Source of the DNA: Squalus acanthias
Lineage: Eukaryota
Assembly (NCBI GenBank): GCA_030390025.1
Contig: CM059431.1
Coordinates: forward strand, 113,956,001 to 114,020,000
Reading direction: 5' to 3'
DNA: 64,000 nucleotides
In this document: positions 1 through 12,681 of the stretch, piece after piece
How the letters are laid out: each line of letters opens with the position of its first letter
Numbering within the stretch: position 1 is the stretch's first letter
Position numbers and translations under genes: made by a program
The notes under the pieces: model-generated
The model's database searches: none
The model's input: only the letters and a program-made list of their open reading frames with translations
What the model was told of the DNA's origin: nothing

Positions 1-208
1 CCTGCCTAAACCTCTCTGCCTCGCTCCCTCTCTTTCCTCCTTTAAGACGCTCCTTAAAACCTACCTCTTTGATCAAGCTTTTGGTCACCTGCCCTAATTT
101 CTCCTTATGTGGCTCTGTGTCAAATTTTTTGTCTTATAATGCTCCTGTGAAGCGCCGTGGGACGTTTTACTACGTTAAAGGCGCTATATTAATACAAGCT
201 GTTGTTGT
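1..208 (+). mobile_element. L2-type LINE 3' end
   Basis: Ends TTTAAGACGCTCCTTAAAACCTACCTCTTTG (FKTLLKTYLF, a typical L2 ORF2 end) and then ...AAAGGCGCTATA...CAAG with a (TTG)n tail. A near-identical reverse copy lies at 57783-58100. Confidence 0.75.
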
Positions 209-3156
209 AAATTATCTGAGCTTGAAGCTAATATAACGCTCCCAGGCTTACTGGGATTTGGATTTGGATTTAGATTTGGATTGAAAGCTGAGGTAGTCGC
301 TGGGCCACTGAAACCACACAGCCAAAGAGCCCGAAGTATATAACACAGCTGAGGACTCAGCGCAGTTCCAAACTATGCATCAGGTGCATGGTTTGATCTC
401 TTGACTGACAGAACAATCAGTCTTCTTACAAAAAATCTGACTGTGCTGATTGAAACTAGCAACTACGTTGACCTATGCAAACTGACCAAGTCCCATTCTC
501 AGTCCTAATCTTCAACAGCTGTACGCTATCTGGGAGGCATGTCATTAAAAGACATACTAGAAATAGGTGCATGCTGGTGACAGGCATGACCCTGTTATAA
601 AAAGGGGTGGGGGGGGGGGGGTGCTGGAAGGGAGAGTAACATATAACATGACATTTTGATTCTGTTGGCAGGATGACCTTGAAGTCAATGCATAATGCAT
701 GCCAAGTATTCCTCGAGAAAAAATACTAACTGGCTACAATCCAGACTCACTCCTACCATCCCTGATGACCCCATTATGGGCAGTTTAGTTGACTGAGCCA
801 AGGTATGCTGTGTTTCACAAATCCACTAACTCCATTATGTTTCCCTGCTGATGACAGCTGCAATATGTTAATGGAATATGTTTGGATGCAGTGGTCCTGG
901 TACCACTTAAGACATAAGACTAATTACCATAAGTTGGTGACAACAGGCACAAGTGTCACTTCTTATCAATATCATTTGCACCAGAACACTCCAGTGATCT
1001 ACAAGAGCATTGCTAAATGATTTCAAACTTCCATCTTCCCCAATTGCTTTTAACAGGGAGCTTTGCTCAAAAACAATAGAAAATGGCCATTAAACCCTTC
1101 AAATAGAGGTACTAGTTGTCATTGCTATTATTAGTGTATTTGAAAAGCATTTCTACGCACAAATAATACCAATACATAAATACTGGGCCACTAATACATT
1201 ATATTATTAAACAGTATCTATCCACTTTACATGAAACTCATTAACCCTTTCAGAACTATGGTATTTTTTTCAGTAAATTTGTTTTTTTTCAGGGAATACT
1301 GCTGAGGAAGACAACTTGCGCAGTTGACTATTTCTATTTTGTTAATATATAGATTGTCATTTTTGTATCTGCTATATGTTAGAAAATGTACAATGGGGGA
1401 GAGGGCGGTGGGGAATCTGACTCAAAAGGGAAGAAGGATAGAGTTATAGGAAATGTAAAAAAAATCCATTGTTGCAGTCGATGGTGTTCTTTCGGAAGTT
1501 CAAGTGGACACAGAATAGAGAGTCGTACTTTGCATCCAACTTGTGCTGTATCTGACCAAGACGTATTTGTTGATGGCACTGGATGGCAAACATGGGAAAG
1601 TATTTTGTTTCGTAGCACGATATTCTGCACTTTGACAAGCACAAAACAATTTCCCATTTTTTTTTTTAAACGGTAAAGCCAGAATGGGAGAAACTGATTG
1701 GGTAATTTAGAGTTCAAATAGTCACAGTTCAGCAATAATATAGTTACAATTATATGGTAAATCATCTCTTCCACACTCTCAACGCTACAAACTCTTCCAC
1801 AATAGTTCCCCCAATTGTACCACAATTAAAAATATTTTTTTAAATGAAACATGAAGATGTTAAAGTTAATCCCAATAATCATTTGTTGCTGTTTGAATTT
1901 TAAGAGTGCGATTTTAATGGTGCAGCTCAATTATTAACTAATAATTCGTATCTGAATTTCTCACACACTTTATTGTTAATACAAGTATTTCTGGGGCATC
2001 AAATACAGTGTCTCATTCCTATAGCTCAGCACCAAAATAAGGGCATAGAAAACATTCTGAATTAAAGATAATTTATCAGAAGTTAATCCAGACAATTATC
2101 TTGTATCAATATTTCTTTAGCATATTAGGCATTGCCCTGCACATAGTGGTAGAATATTGCATTCACCTTAAGGATATATTGTTATCACAGATAATAACTG
2201 CACCATGATAATTATAATTAATTATTCAGTAGGACTTAAAACAGAATGGGGTGTTTCTAGTACTAGTACATATAGAGAGGTCTTTCAGTGCTTTACTGTG
2301 TTATTCAACAACAACAAAAAACAGCTCAATTGAGGCAACATTTGCCATTGATACTGGTTTTATTATTCCTTTATTATTTTATATTGTGTCCATTTACCGG
2401 CAGATCTGTGGCATAAGCAGATTTCCTTGTATAATCCTGTATGAAATCAAGTCAGAGTTTCGTAGTCGTAGCGGTGACAAAGGAGTACCACAGCTCTGGG
2501 CTCAAGCACCTCAATGTGGACTTTATGAAAGCAATAAATTTTTATGTGTATATTGAACTGGCAAGTTTGCTGAAACATACCAGGCTTAACTGCATTGTGT
2601 AAGATGAAATGCATAGGTAGCACAGCAATGCATAAGCAATGGATTTAGAACAGAATAATATTAGTGATATATTAAATAGTAGCAGCAATAATAGTAATAG
2701 AGAGGATTTATTTCTTTTATTTTTTAATGCATTTTGCTTTAAATCAACTGGGGGGCCAAAAACAAACAAAACATTCTCCATCTGAACTGACAAAAATTAG
2801 CTATATAAACCATGTTTGAATCAAGCTACCCATACCTGGAGATGTAAATTGTGTTGTTTTCTGTTTTGAATAATGTACGCTTTTTATCCTGTTCGAGTGC
2901 AATAAGAACAGATTCATTCTGACATGTTTATTTGTGGTTTCTGATCATTTTACGGGCCTAGTGGGTAACAGCTCACTGCAGTTCATAAACGAGCCACAGG
3001 CTCCGATCCAATTTGGATTCAGATGTGCTTAGATTTTCTTCTGAATTTTGTCCAGTTTGGATCAGTTCAGATTTTGAACACCACTGCTGCCTGTTCCTGA
3101 GAACTGCCGAGACAAGCACTATGGCAGTAACACCTGAGATGCCTCTAAAGGTAACC

Positions 3157-4030
3157 GGCCTACAAATTGGATGGCGCTGCTACCATTTTAGGGCACTAAA
3201 TAGGCACCTAAGCCTCCAATATGGCGAGCAAGTGCACGCCCATTATGAGCCAGAGAAGCACTGCCTGTCATATTGGCGTAGGCAAGAAAAGGAGTCCAGG
3301 GCCCGTGCTTGAAACATGTGTTAATCCCTTTGCATATCCAAATAAGGGACCTAACACCTGTTTGAGGCCCCCTCTGCAATATTAGGTTGCCCTGAAGGCA
3401 GCCAGGAAAACCAGGTCTATATCCGGCCAACAGGCGGTCGTTAAAGGGACCGCTGTAGTCTGCAACCAACATGGTAAGCTTTTAAAATATGCTTAACAGA
3501 ATGTGGAGCCAGGAGGAGCAGGATGCACATTCAAACCACACGGGCCACTGCAGGCCACCGCTCTCCTCCCACTCGATCGTGACCTCTACCCCCCACCCCC
3601 CCCAGTCACCGCCGCCATCTACCCCAATTGCCGCCAGCACCCTCCACAGTCCCAGGCACCTCCGCCTCCCCCCACCGATCCCAGCCGCTACCCTTTCCAA
3701 TCCAGGCCGCTAGCCTCCCGAACCCAGCTGCTACCATCCCGATCCTGGTCGCCCGCCCCTCTCCCAATCGCCCCTCTCAAGGTCACCGCCCCCTCTCCCA
3801 ATCACCTCCCCCCGCCCCCCCCCCCTTCCCGATCCCCTTTAAGGACTTATCTGAGGGCCGCTGCCGATCTTCGAGGCCTCTTCCCTGACGAGCTGGCTGG
3901 GGGTGTGTATTAGGTGTCTGCAGCCCGCCGGTTCAATGATACTGAGGCCCGGGCCTATCCATTTAGGCACAGGGATCATTTCCAGCGCCCCCTGGGTGCC
4001 CGTTTCTGGGAGCGAATTAATTTCTAGGCC
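3157..4030. mobile_element. Harbinger-type MITE (874 bp) with a C-rich core
   Basis: TIR GGCCTACAAATT / AATTTCTAGGCC with ACC/ACT flanks (one-mismatch 3-bp duplication). A GC-rich insert in AT-rich DNA with repeated CCCGATC-like words. Confidence 0.7.
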
Positions 4031-4204
4031 ACTGTGCCTTTCAGAAATCGAAATCTGAATTTAAGGTTCTAAATAATAAACATAAGAATAGAGATTTGGA
4101 TTTACCTAATTATGTTCAATCCTGTTATAGGTCTCACTTCTGCTGCAAACAAGTGTTCCGGACAAGTAACAGTATAATGTGCAGACAGTACAATTCCAAT
4201 CTGG

Positions 4205-4392
4205 GATAAAAAAAGGAAATGCTGAAAATACATGGCTGGTCTGTCAACCTCCGGAAAGATAAAACACAGATTATGGTTTTGGGTGAAGGGTACATAGCCG
4301 AAATGTCATAACCGGTCTTTTCTCTTTACAGGGTCTGACTGACCTGTGTGTATCTCCAGCATTTTCTATTTTTATTTCAGATTTCCAGACGT
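4205..4392. repeat. Inverted (palindromic) copy of the Penelope-like terminal repeat
   Basis: Arm 4208-4275 (AAATGCTGAAAATACATGGCTGGTCTGTCA) is the inverted counterpart of arm 4310-4390 (TGACTGACCTGTGTGTATCTCCAGCATTTT). Confidence 0.55.
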
Positions 4393-6524
4393 ATTTCCTT
4401 TTTAATTGAGAGCTGCTCTGCAACCATGGCAGTAGGTCATTGGGCTTCCGACCAAAAGGTTGTGAGGTCAAATTCCAGCCTTAGGTATGGCCAATTTTCA
4501 CTAGATTAACTTTAGTAATTCTTTGTTGGCTTTTTGAAGTAATTGAACACTTCCCATTAGAAGGAGAGGAACAGTTGACAGGATCGGACTCCAGAAACCC
4601 CTCCTCCTGCTGGTCAATCACAGAATTGCAGATTTGAGATCAAATGGAGGGAGCTGTGAAGTCAGACCACCATCCACTTTAGTGAATAGGGAACCGCGGT
4701 GGCGGAAAGTAATAGGGGAGGCCTAAAGAAAGGGAAGAAATTAATTGGAATTTCAATATTGGCATGATTTCTCTCAACCAGTCTTCCTTTAACCTGAGCA
4801 GTTCAATACTTTGAGACATACGCAAAAGGAGTTAAAAATGTATATTTTGTTTTCCATCAAATACATGCAAAAGAAACATTGCTGAGTTAACTCTTGAAGC
4901 AAAGTTTCTTTGTAATCTTTAGTGTTTAATATATTAATTGTATTTATAGATTCCTAGCACTATTGCCAATGGAGCCTTTGCTTTTGTATTAGCCACTACA
5001 ACATGTCCAAATGCACGCAGTGAGTGGAGATTTGCTTTCCTCTTTTTTCAAACTCGTTAAGTTTTTTTTATGTTTTCCCGTTGCCTCCTTTTTAATCTAT
5101 GCCATTTGCCAATCCCACTATTCCCAAACACAAAGAGGTGTGTGAAAATGGCTTGAGGGTATTGCTCTTACCAATTTCCCACCCTCCCTGTCCCTCAGGA
5201 CAGCATGGCAGAATGAAGAACTCACCATGCGCATCATCATGGGCACCTTAAGCTTCATTAGTACACATTGGAGCCCAATGCAACATTGCCTCTATTTTTT
5301 CCCCAATCCCCCATTTATTTCCTTATTCCTTTCAACAGAACTTTATCTTCGCTTTACAGTACTTTTATTGAGACTATTTACATGGCATGTTACACAAAGA
5401 CATTTGTTTGGTGAAATATGTATTGCAGCATTGCTCATGTACATTAAAGAAACATCAATGCACAATTCTGAGAGGGGTGTATAGTTCACTAATACTTCAA
5501 CAGCACTTGGATAGGTACTTCAACAGAAGGGAAATATCAATTGGATTTAACTGATGTCAGTATCTGTCAAACTATCCTGAAGGGATTGCAGTTTTGATTT
5601 CATTGATGCCAGCTGTGAATGTTTCTATGTGCTGTATTTCAACGTAGTTCAACACAATAGTGAATTTTTTAACATCAACATATTTGCGATCCCTCAGGTG
5701 CATCTTATCTCAGAGCATCTGTACAAAGTCTGAAAAAGTAAACAGATTTCAATTAAAAATGCCAACATACAAAGGAGAATAATGCTAAAATATCCAGCTC
5801 TTAAATATACCAACTTTTGCATTGACATTTATGACATCTTGGAAATAAACTGGTTGCTTATACCTAATGGTGATTTTTTTTTAAATGGTATTGGTCTGCT
5901 CCTTCATTCTATCTGTTTGGACAGATCTGTGAATCTCTTTGTATGTGTAGGTGTGTATGGGGATCATATGTGTAATGCTGTCTATGGGAGATACATCAAA
6001 ACCACCTCACTGTACGGCGACGGATATGTTGCAGACAGGGTGTGTTATGGTTTATTTATTAGTAAGGAAGGCATAAACAATGCATGTTATATCAGAGGTC
6101 ATGGAATATCAGAGAATGTTCCGGTAGGGTTGTCGTACATGCATTCGTGCAAACAGTGAGGCAATTACAGCCTGAGCTTACTTTGCTTCATCCAAACTAA
6201 ACAGAAATGTTAATCCCAAAATGTTTATGACAAATTTCTTGAATTGAGGGCCAATGATAAAATTCTAATCTATACATACAAGTGATACAATTTATGGACT
6301 GGAAAGTTAAAACTATAACGGTTTCACAATTAGAATTTCAGTAATGATCTTGAGCCCAATAATCTTCTTTTCCTAAAAATGGGAGAAAGGTTTGTTTTTC
6401 TCCATAATTAACAAACTGCTAATGAAATTACTGAAATCCACTCTCATTCTTTGATGCTCTTATGTTTAAAAGCTAAACTTGTGCATAATTTGAGACAGGT
6501 GGTGGATCCCAAAACATGAAACAT

Positions 6525-6765
6525 CTCAATCACCTCTTCACACAAAGGGAAGTGGAAATCAACTCTCTCCCCCAAAAAGCTGTTGAGGCTGGAGGTCAAT
6601 TGAAAATTTCAAAACTGAAATTGATAGATTTTTGTTAGACAAGGGTATCAAGGGATACGGAACCAAGGCGGTTTAGATGGGGTTATGATACAGATCAGCC
6701 ATGATCTAATTGAATGTCGGAACAGGCTCGAGGGCTGAATGGCCTACTGATGTTCCTATGTTCCT
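6525..6765 (+). mobile_element. CR1-type LINE 3' end
   Basis: EIDRFL-coding end of ORF2, then GATCAGCCATGATCT..TTGAATG.CGGA.CAGGCTCGAGGG.CTGAATGGCCTACT and a TGTTCCTA repeat tail. Homologous to 12985-13370. Confidence 0.75.
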
Positions 6766-6794
6766 AATATGTGGAAGAAGTAGTTGATTTATTA

Positions 6795-7785
6795 TCTCAT
6801 TATCTTATTGCTGTTTGTGGGACCTTGCTGTGTGCAAATTGGCTGCTGCATTTCCTACATTACAACAGAGATTTTGGGCTGGATTTTACCAGCCCTGAGG
6901 AGGCGGATTTGGAGGCAGGACTGCTGGGAAAGTCAAAAAGAATGGGAGCGGGTCCCGAACCCGCTCCCAACCCGCCTCCATACAATTTTCCCGGGAGTTG
7001 GGTCCCCGATTTGCGCAGGGACCCGACTCCTAGCGGCGGGAAGAGGATTATAGCCACTTAACTGCTTGTTAACAGGTAGTTAACAGGCAGTTAAGAGGCT
7101 TTTCCCAATTTGTCCACTGCTGCTGCGGGCTTCCCGACATCGGGGAGGTGTGCTGTGGGTCTGTTGTTGTGTTGGTGTTTGGATGACAGCTGCAGCAGTG
7201 GTCTGAAGGATGCAAAGTGACAATGGTTAGTATCAGAGGTAAGGAAATGTTATGAAAGTAATTTTTATTGTGATTAGATTTTTCTGCAGGTGACAAGCTG
7301 TGAAGTGTTTGTGTAGCCTCATCTCATCAGGAGAAGTGACAGATGGCTTCTGCAATCTCAGCTGCAGCTGCCATCTGTTTTATCCTAAAGATAGAGTAAT
7401 TGGAGAGCCTGGGTACAAGGGCTCACCTTTGGACAGTGATTGTCAATGTTTGACAGCACCTCAATGCTGTCAAACACTGTCAAATCATCTGTCAAACACA
7501 TGTGGTGCATATGCCTTTAAGAAAACCGACAGATGAAGCGTCATCAACTGACGTCATCTGACACCGGCTTTCCCTTAATTGGCCGGCAAGCCCGCAGGGC
7601 AAAATAGCGTCTGTTCATCAGACGTCGCTGCGGGCGGGACTAGAACCCGGAAGGCAGCAGTCCCACCTCCAACGCGCCTCGGTAAGTAAAATCCAGCCCT
7701 TTACTTCAAAAGTACTTAATTGGCTGTAAAGTACTATAGGACGTCCTGAGGTCGTGAAAAGCACTATATAAATGCAAGTCTTTCT
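6795..7785 (+). mobile_element. SINE 3' half (SacSINE1/Deu-SINE-like), split by the 6876-7699 MITE
   Basis: ATTGCTGTTTGTGGGACCTTGCTGTGTGCAAATTGGCTGC...TACATTACAACAG, then the MITE, then ACTTCAAAAGTACTTAATTGGCTGTAAAG...TATATAAATGCAAGTCTTT. Uninterrupted copies lie at 20715-20931 and 46865-47062. Confidence 0.75.
6876..7699 (-). mobile_element. Harbinger-derived MITE (824 bp) nested in a SINE
   Basis: Perfect 14-bp TIR GGGCTGGATTTTAC with TTT on both sides. Subterminal 7500-7600 resembles the reverse complement of 30495-30575 of the full-length element. The flanks rejoin into a continuous SINE 3' half. Confidence 0.85.
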
Positions 7786-10200
7786 ATATGTCCAAATCCA
7801 GTATCATGTACTAAGCTTATTCATCACCAGGCGCTTACTCCAGATCCTCATGGGAGGGCATTTGGTAAAGAGGCTGATACCCTCCTCCCCTCCCACCCAC
7901 ACCAATCTCATGGTGCTGAGCACACATTCCCCAAATAGATGAGTCCTTATGTACTAATATTGTATCATCTGCTCTCTTCACAGAGCAGAGAACCCAGTAG
8001 ATCACCAGTTGCACCTGAAAAGCCAAACACTTGAACAGCAGCTGCCACCACCCTCGTGAAGCAGGCATCAGCCCAGAAATTCAGAGTTTGAGAGAAGTAC
8101 CTAGTGATAGTGCAGAGGAAACATAAAGTGAGGTGACTAGTATTGGTGAGGTAGGATTAGCAGTTTTGGTGGGTGGGGAGGGGTCAATTGCTGAGGCCCA
8201 GCATGATGAGTTGTGTGGGGGCACAGATGTTACCGGCCAGGGTCATGACAGCTCCCTCCTCCCCAAGCCCGAGATCCTTTGCCAGACTTTTCATAACCAT
8301 GCAAATCAGATGACCTCCCCCTGACCCCACAAACCTGTGGGGTCAGTGGGGGGGGGGGCGGGGGGGTGGAGGTCAGGGGCAGGAACACTTTGGCATTTAA
8401 GCCAAAAGGTGCCACCCCCATAGATTTTCAGGGCCGCTCTCTTCAATTTGATTCTACAGCTAGGGTACCATATCATTCAGGACCCTTAACAATACCCTAG
8501 CAAGAAAACTCCAGAGTGTTTTCCCACTCTTTTCAACCCTTTTTAACGCCTTTTTGCAGAGATCTGAATCCTCAGAGCTGGATTAAACATGGATGATCTG
8601 TCCTTTAGCATTTTCTCCTCACAATCCACTACTTTTAATGCTAAATGTTGCCCCCCCCCATTGATTGCAAAGATAATCCAGAGTTTTATTAACAGAAAGC
8701 CTAGAACATAAACAAAATAAAATGGCGGGGACATCAAAGGACAAAACTTGCATGTCACAAAGATAAATCATTAATCAGTAATTTAAAGGAGCTGTATATG
8801 TTTTTAAAATAATTTATGTAAATCTAATGTGTAATAATTCCTCATGCATCTTTTTAATTACTTTTTATTTATTTCATATTAAACTATAATCAGGGTTAGG
8901 CGGAGTGGAGGGTTTGTCACTGTACCAGACACTGTCTAGGATAGGCAATTCGCTGCAGTCGGGAATGATATGAAGCTTCAGTCTTTTTTGAAGCCCACCT
9001 GCAAAATGGTGGCCTGGCAGAAGAAGAGTGTTACAGTGCCACTAATTACTTTATCATTTTATTCATTTCTTTTTAATTGTACAATTTGTTTGGCAGACTG
9101 TTAGTGTAAGAATCCCAATGTTAGTGATTTATCCACCAACAATGTCAAAATAATGCATGCAGCCCTTTTAAATGAGGCATGCTTCACAATGCATTATTAA
9201 TATTGTTGTGACTTAATCTGTACTGCTACCGACCACAGTAAGACATAGGCAATTGTTTGTCCACAGACAAATTTAGATATTACTTCATGTGTGGAATGTC
9301 ACATGTTAGACTTCATAAGGAGCATTCAAAATATGAAGCAAAATCTTCCATTCATGAGAGGTGGCATTTATTTTCATAGTATATGTTCCTCAGCTTTTCA
9401 TGCTTTAACCCGTCTTGTGATTTTGGTTCTCGTGCAATAAATAATAGTTGAAATACAAATGGATGCACGGTATTGCTCAATAGCTGCTGGCCTCAACAAG
9501 CAGGGCTGGGTTCAAAACTCAGCTTTGACTGACATTCACGCTGAGTTTAACCCTAAAGGCTGAAATTAATGGCCTTGGCCAGGTCACCTGGGGGAGGGAG
9601 GCAAAACTGACCATCTAATTATCTAAAACACACTCCTTCATATACATGTTTGTCAGTTGGCTCGTGCATTTTCACGGTTTCCGGCATGTTACTTCAGCTT
9701 AGACAACATCACAAAATGAAATACAGTATTGAACAAATCTGAAATGTTAGAGGCCATAGCATGTTGATCTGTGCTGAATCTATTTCTTCTCCTATCCTCT
9801 GTTGTGTCTGTTAGCAGCCCTTGGGCAAGAACTGTTGTAAACAAGCTTTCAAGCTTAACTGGGAATATCCTGCATAAATATCTCTAATAAATAAATAAGT
9901 GGCAAGATGGAAAGATGCACGCTTCACACTTATATGTCTGTCTCTTTCACTTCTCAGAGAAATTAGTGACCCACTTTGCCTATGACACACATTTGCTAAG
10001 TTTCATCATCTTCAGGGCTGTTGTTGAGTGGTGATGTCCATCAGTAGCCCTCCAGAGAGCTGGGAAGAGTCAAGAGAACCCTAATGCTCTGGTCACTTTT
10101 TTTTTTCCTCATTGAGTAACTAAAAAGAAAGGATAATGGATCTGGAGGAAAAAAAAACGAGGCAGCACACCACATCAGTGCTCCAGCACACTGTGCCATA

Positions 10201-11013
10201 GGCCGGAATTTTCTCAAGGGAGGCGGGTTGGCCTCCGAGGCAGGCGGGAAACCCGAGAGGCCAGGTTTCCCGCAGGCCCTGCCGACTTTAACGGCAGGGC
10301 CTGATTTTGAACGTGAGGCCTCGGATTCCCATCCACAGCCAGCCAGATCGAGAGGCTGACTGGCTGCAGGTGGGTAAGCTTCAGAAGCGAGGGGCCAGTC
10401 CAGGGGAGGGAATCGAGGGAGGGGAGTCGCCAATCGGTCGGGGATCGGGGGAGGGGGGTCAGGGGGTGGAAGAGGATCAGCAGGGGTCGGGGATTGGGGG
10501 AGTGGGGAAGAGGATCGGCAGGGGTTGGGGATCGGTGGTGGGGGGGGGAAATCAGCTGGGGAGCGGTGGTAGAGAGAGGATCGTGGCCAGCCTCATCGTC
10601 GTCGTTGGGGGGCGGGATGCCTGGGAAGGCGATCAGAGGCCTCGCAGTGGGTTAGGCAGGGACCCTGGATCCAGGAGGTAGGTATAAAGCCACATACCTC
10701 CTGGATGCAGCAGTCCCCCCCTCTGTTTAACTGCCAGGTTTCACAAATTGTGTGAAACCTGTCCACAGGTAGTTAACCACAAAATGGATGGGGAAAAAAA
10801 GGTTTCCAGCCTCATTACAATATTTAAATTGAGGTAACGCCCCCTGGGAGTGGGTTGGTCGCCCGCCCGCCCGCCCGTCCCGCCTCCGGCAAAACAGAAA
10901 GTGGGTGGGTTGGAGGCAGGGATCAGGTCGGGAATCCCACTTTTAACACATTAACTGTCCCCACACTCCAAGCCCACCTGTCTTTTTTTTTTAAAAAGGG
11001 GAAAATTCCGGCC
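10201..11013. mobile_element. Harbinger-type MITE (813 bp) with a G-rich core
   Basis: Perfect 13-bp TIR GGCCGGAATTTTC / GAAAATTCCGGCC and non-coding interior. Internal blocks are shared with the 21188-21956 element. Confidence 0.8.
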
Positions 11014-11015
11014 TA

Positions 11016-12681
11016 GGTCGCGATTTACCCGACCTCAGCGGGTCCGTGGCAGGCAATGTCGGGGACAGGTCTCGGCCCCGCTACTGGCTCCATCCTGGCC
11101 TCCAAAATGACTTTGATGATTAGGCTTGTTAAGCCCACCCAGCGCATTTGCCGGCCAATTGAAGGAAGCGGGTCTGGGGATGTCATTTGATGACGCGTCA
11201 TCAGCCGGTTTCCTTAAAGGGGCCATGCCCAAATTTAGTTTGACATTTGTGCTGTCAGTGTTCTACAGCATTGAAGTGCTGCAAACACTGCACAGAGGTG
11301 CACGGCTGCACCCAGGCTCTCACATGACTCCCTCCATATGCTTATGGAGGGAGTCACAACACACAGGGAGGTCCTCTTCCCTTCCCATGGGTGGAAGAGA
11401 TCTCCCCAGAAGACCAACGTAGCCTGGTTGCACATTGCACAGGAGGACACAAGCAGGGATGTCGTCAGGAGGACCAGGCTGCAGTGGTGCAAATCTTTCA
11501 ATGATCTCAGTGGAGCACAAAATGTTACTGCAAAGCCACATTCAACCTCATCCTGCTGTGCCACTCATCACATCCCCATCACTATGCCTTCCCTACCCTA
11601 CTCCTGCACATCCTTACTCACACCAAGTTACCTTGCACCTCCACCCATCCCTCTCTATCTAGATTATCACATTTCCATCTCACTAGCTACCCCTCACACT
11701 CATCCTATTGCAATCATACCAACTAACAACACAGACAAGGGTAGGCACTTAAGTGCTTTAGCCAATGGAAGTGGCTTAGTGAGTTGCAGTGAATGGGGAG
11801 ACATAACGGTACCCCCCCCCACAATGGTCATGAGTGTGAAAGGAATGGCTTGGGCATTGTAGGGATGTTTTATGTTGTTGGTATGGGGTGGTGCCAAGCT
11901 GGCACATCATGTGGCAGCCAGGGTGTGCAATGTCAAGTGAAGTAAATGTGGCCATGGTGAGGCCATCCCTGGCCTCCCAGGCAGCAATGTGGTCAGGTGC
12001 TAATGCCCTCTGTCCTGTGCAGCATCAGGTGATTGCAGAGAAGGTTGGTGTTGTTGTTGGTGCTGCTGGTGTGCCTGGTGCTGCTGGCGTTGGGGCTCAT
12101 CGTGGTGGGATTCTAATGACCAAGGTGAGAGTGTTTCAAGGTCACCCATGCTGATGGAATAGATGGCAGGTGAAGTAGAGATGACAGAAGCGATGTCAAT
12201 GGTGGGAGAGGTAATGAGGTCAGACTGGATGGAGACTTGTGTAAAGACTTGCAGCATCCTGAATCTGTAGTGGAAATGCAGTTTAGAGAAGCTAGTGGTT
12301 AAGGGAACATGTCTCAATCAGCTGGGAGCTTTGACTTAACATTTGAAGCTGTCAACTCATCAGCTGAAACAATGGCCACTGACCTCCCGCCTCAGCTTCA
12401 CAGATGAGGTCTAGGCACAGTGGGAAACCGGTGGGCGACCTGTCAAATCCAAAAAGCTGGGGAAAAAAGCATTGTTAAGTGGTTGTAAACAAGCCACTAA
12501 TGATTGGAATTGGGTCCCCCACCACTGCCTGTCGGGTCTGCTCAGCACTGGCAGACCCAACATTGGGAAAGTCCAGCGTGCGCATTTTGACAGCGGGTTC
12601 CTGACCCACTGTCAATAATTTTAAATTTAACAGCTGACCCACCACCCATCCTATCTGCGGAGTGCTGGCAAAATTCCGACC
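11016..12681 (+). mobile_element. Internally deleted non-autonomous Harbinger element (1666 bp)
   Basis: Ends are GGTCGCGATTTAC and CAAAATTCCGACC, with a CTA duplication (11013-11015, 12682-12684). It keeps a Myb exon-1 remnant (REVLFPSHGWKRSPQKTNVAWLHIAQE...FNDL, about 11340-11510). It also keeps the transposase N-terminus on - (PWSLESHHDEPQRQQHQ...PDAAQDRGH, about 12150-12000), homologous to the 34092 ORF. Confidence 0.85.

Noticed and set aside
255-283. GATTTG hexamer run as a CRISPR- or telomere-like array
   Set aside because: It has only about five units and no spacers, so it is an ordinary microsatellite in eukaryotic DNA.
3482-3913. Pro-rich and Gly-rich ORFs
   Set aside because: They come from the C-rich core of a MITE. 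The same applies to the ORFs at 10041-10681 and 21122-21977.
4400-4490. tRNA-like box A/B sequence (also GGTTCAAA near 9510)
   Set aside because: No cloverleaf can be formed. At most these are decayed SINE heads, not tRNA genes.
8070-8435. Possible additional Harbinger-type MITE (AGCCCAGAAATT...ATTTTCAGGGCC)
   Set aside because: The TIR match is short and there is no target duplication, so support is too weak.
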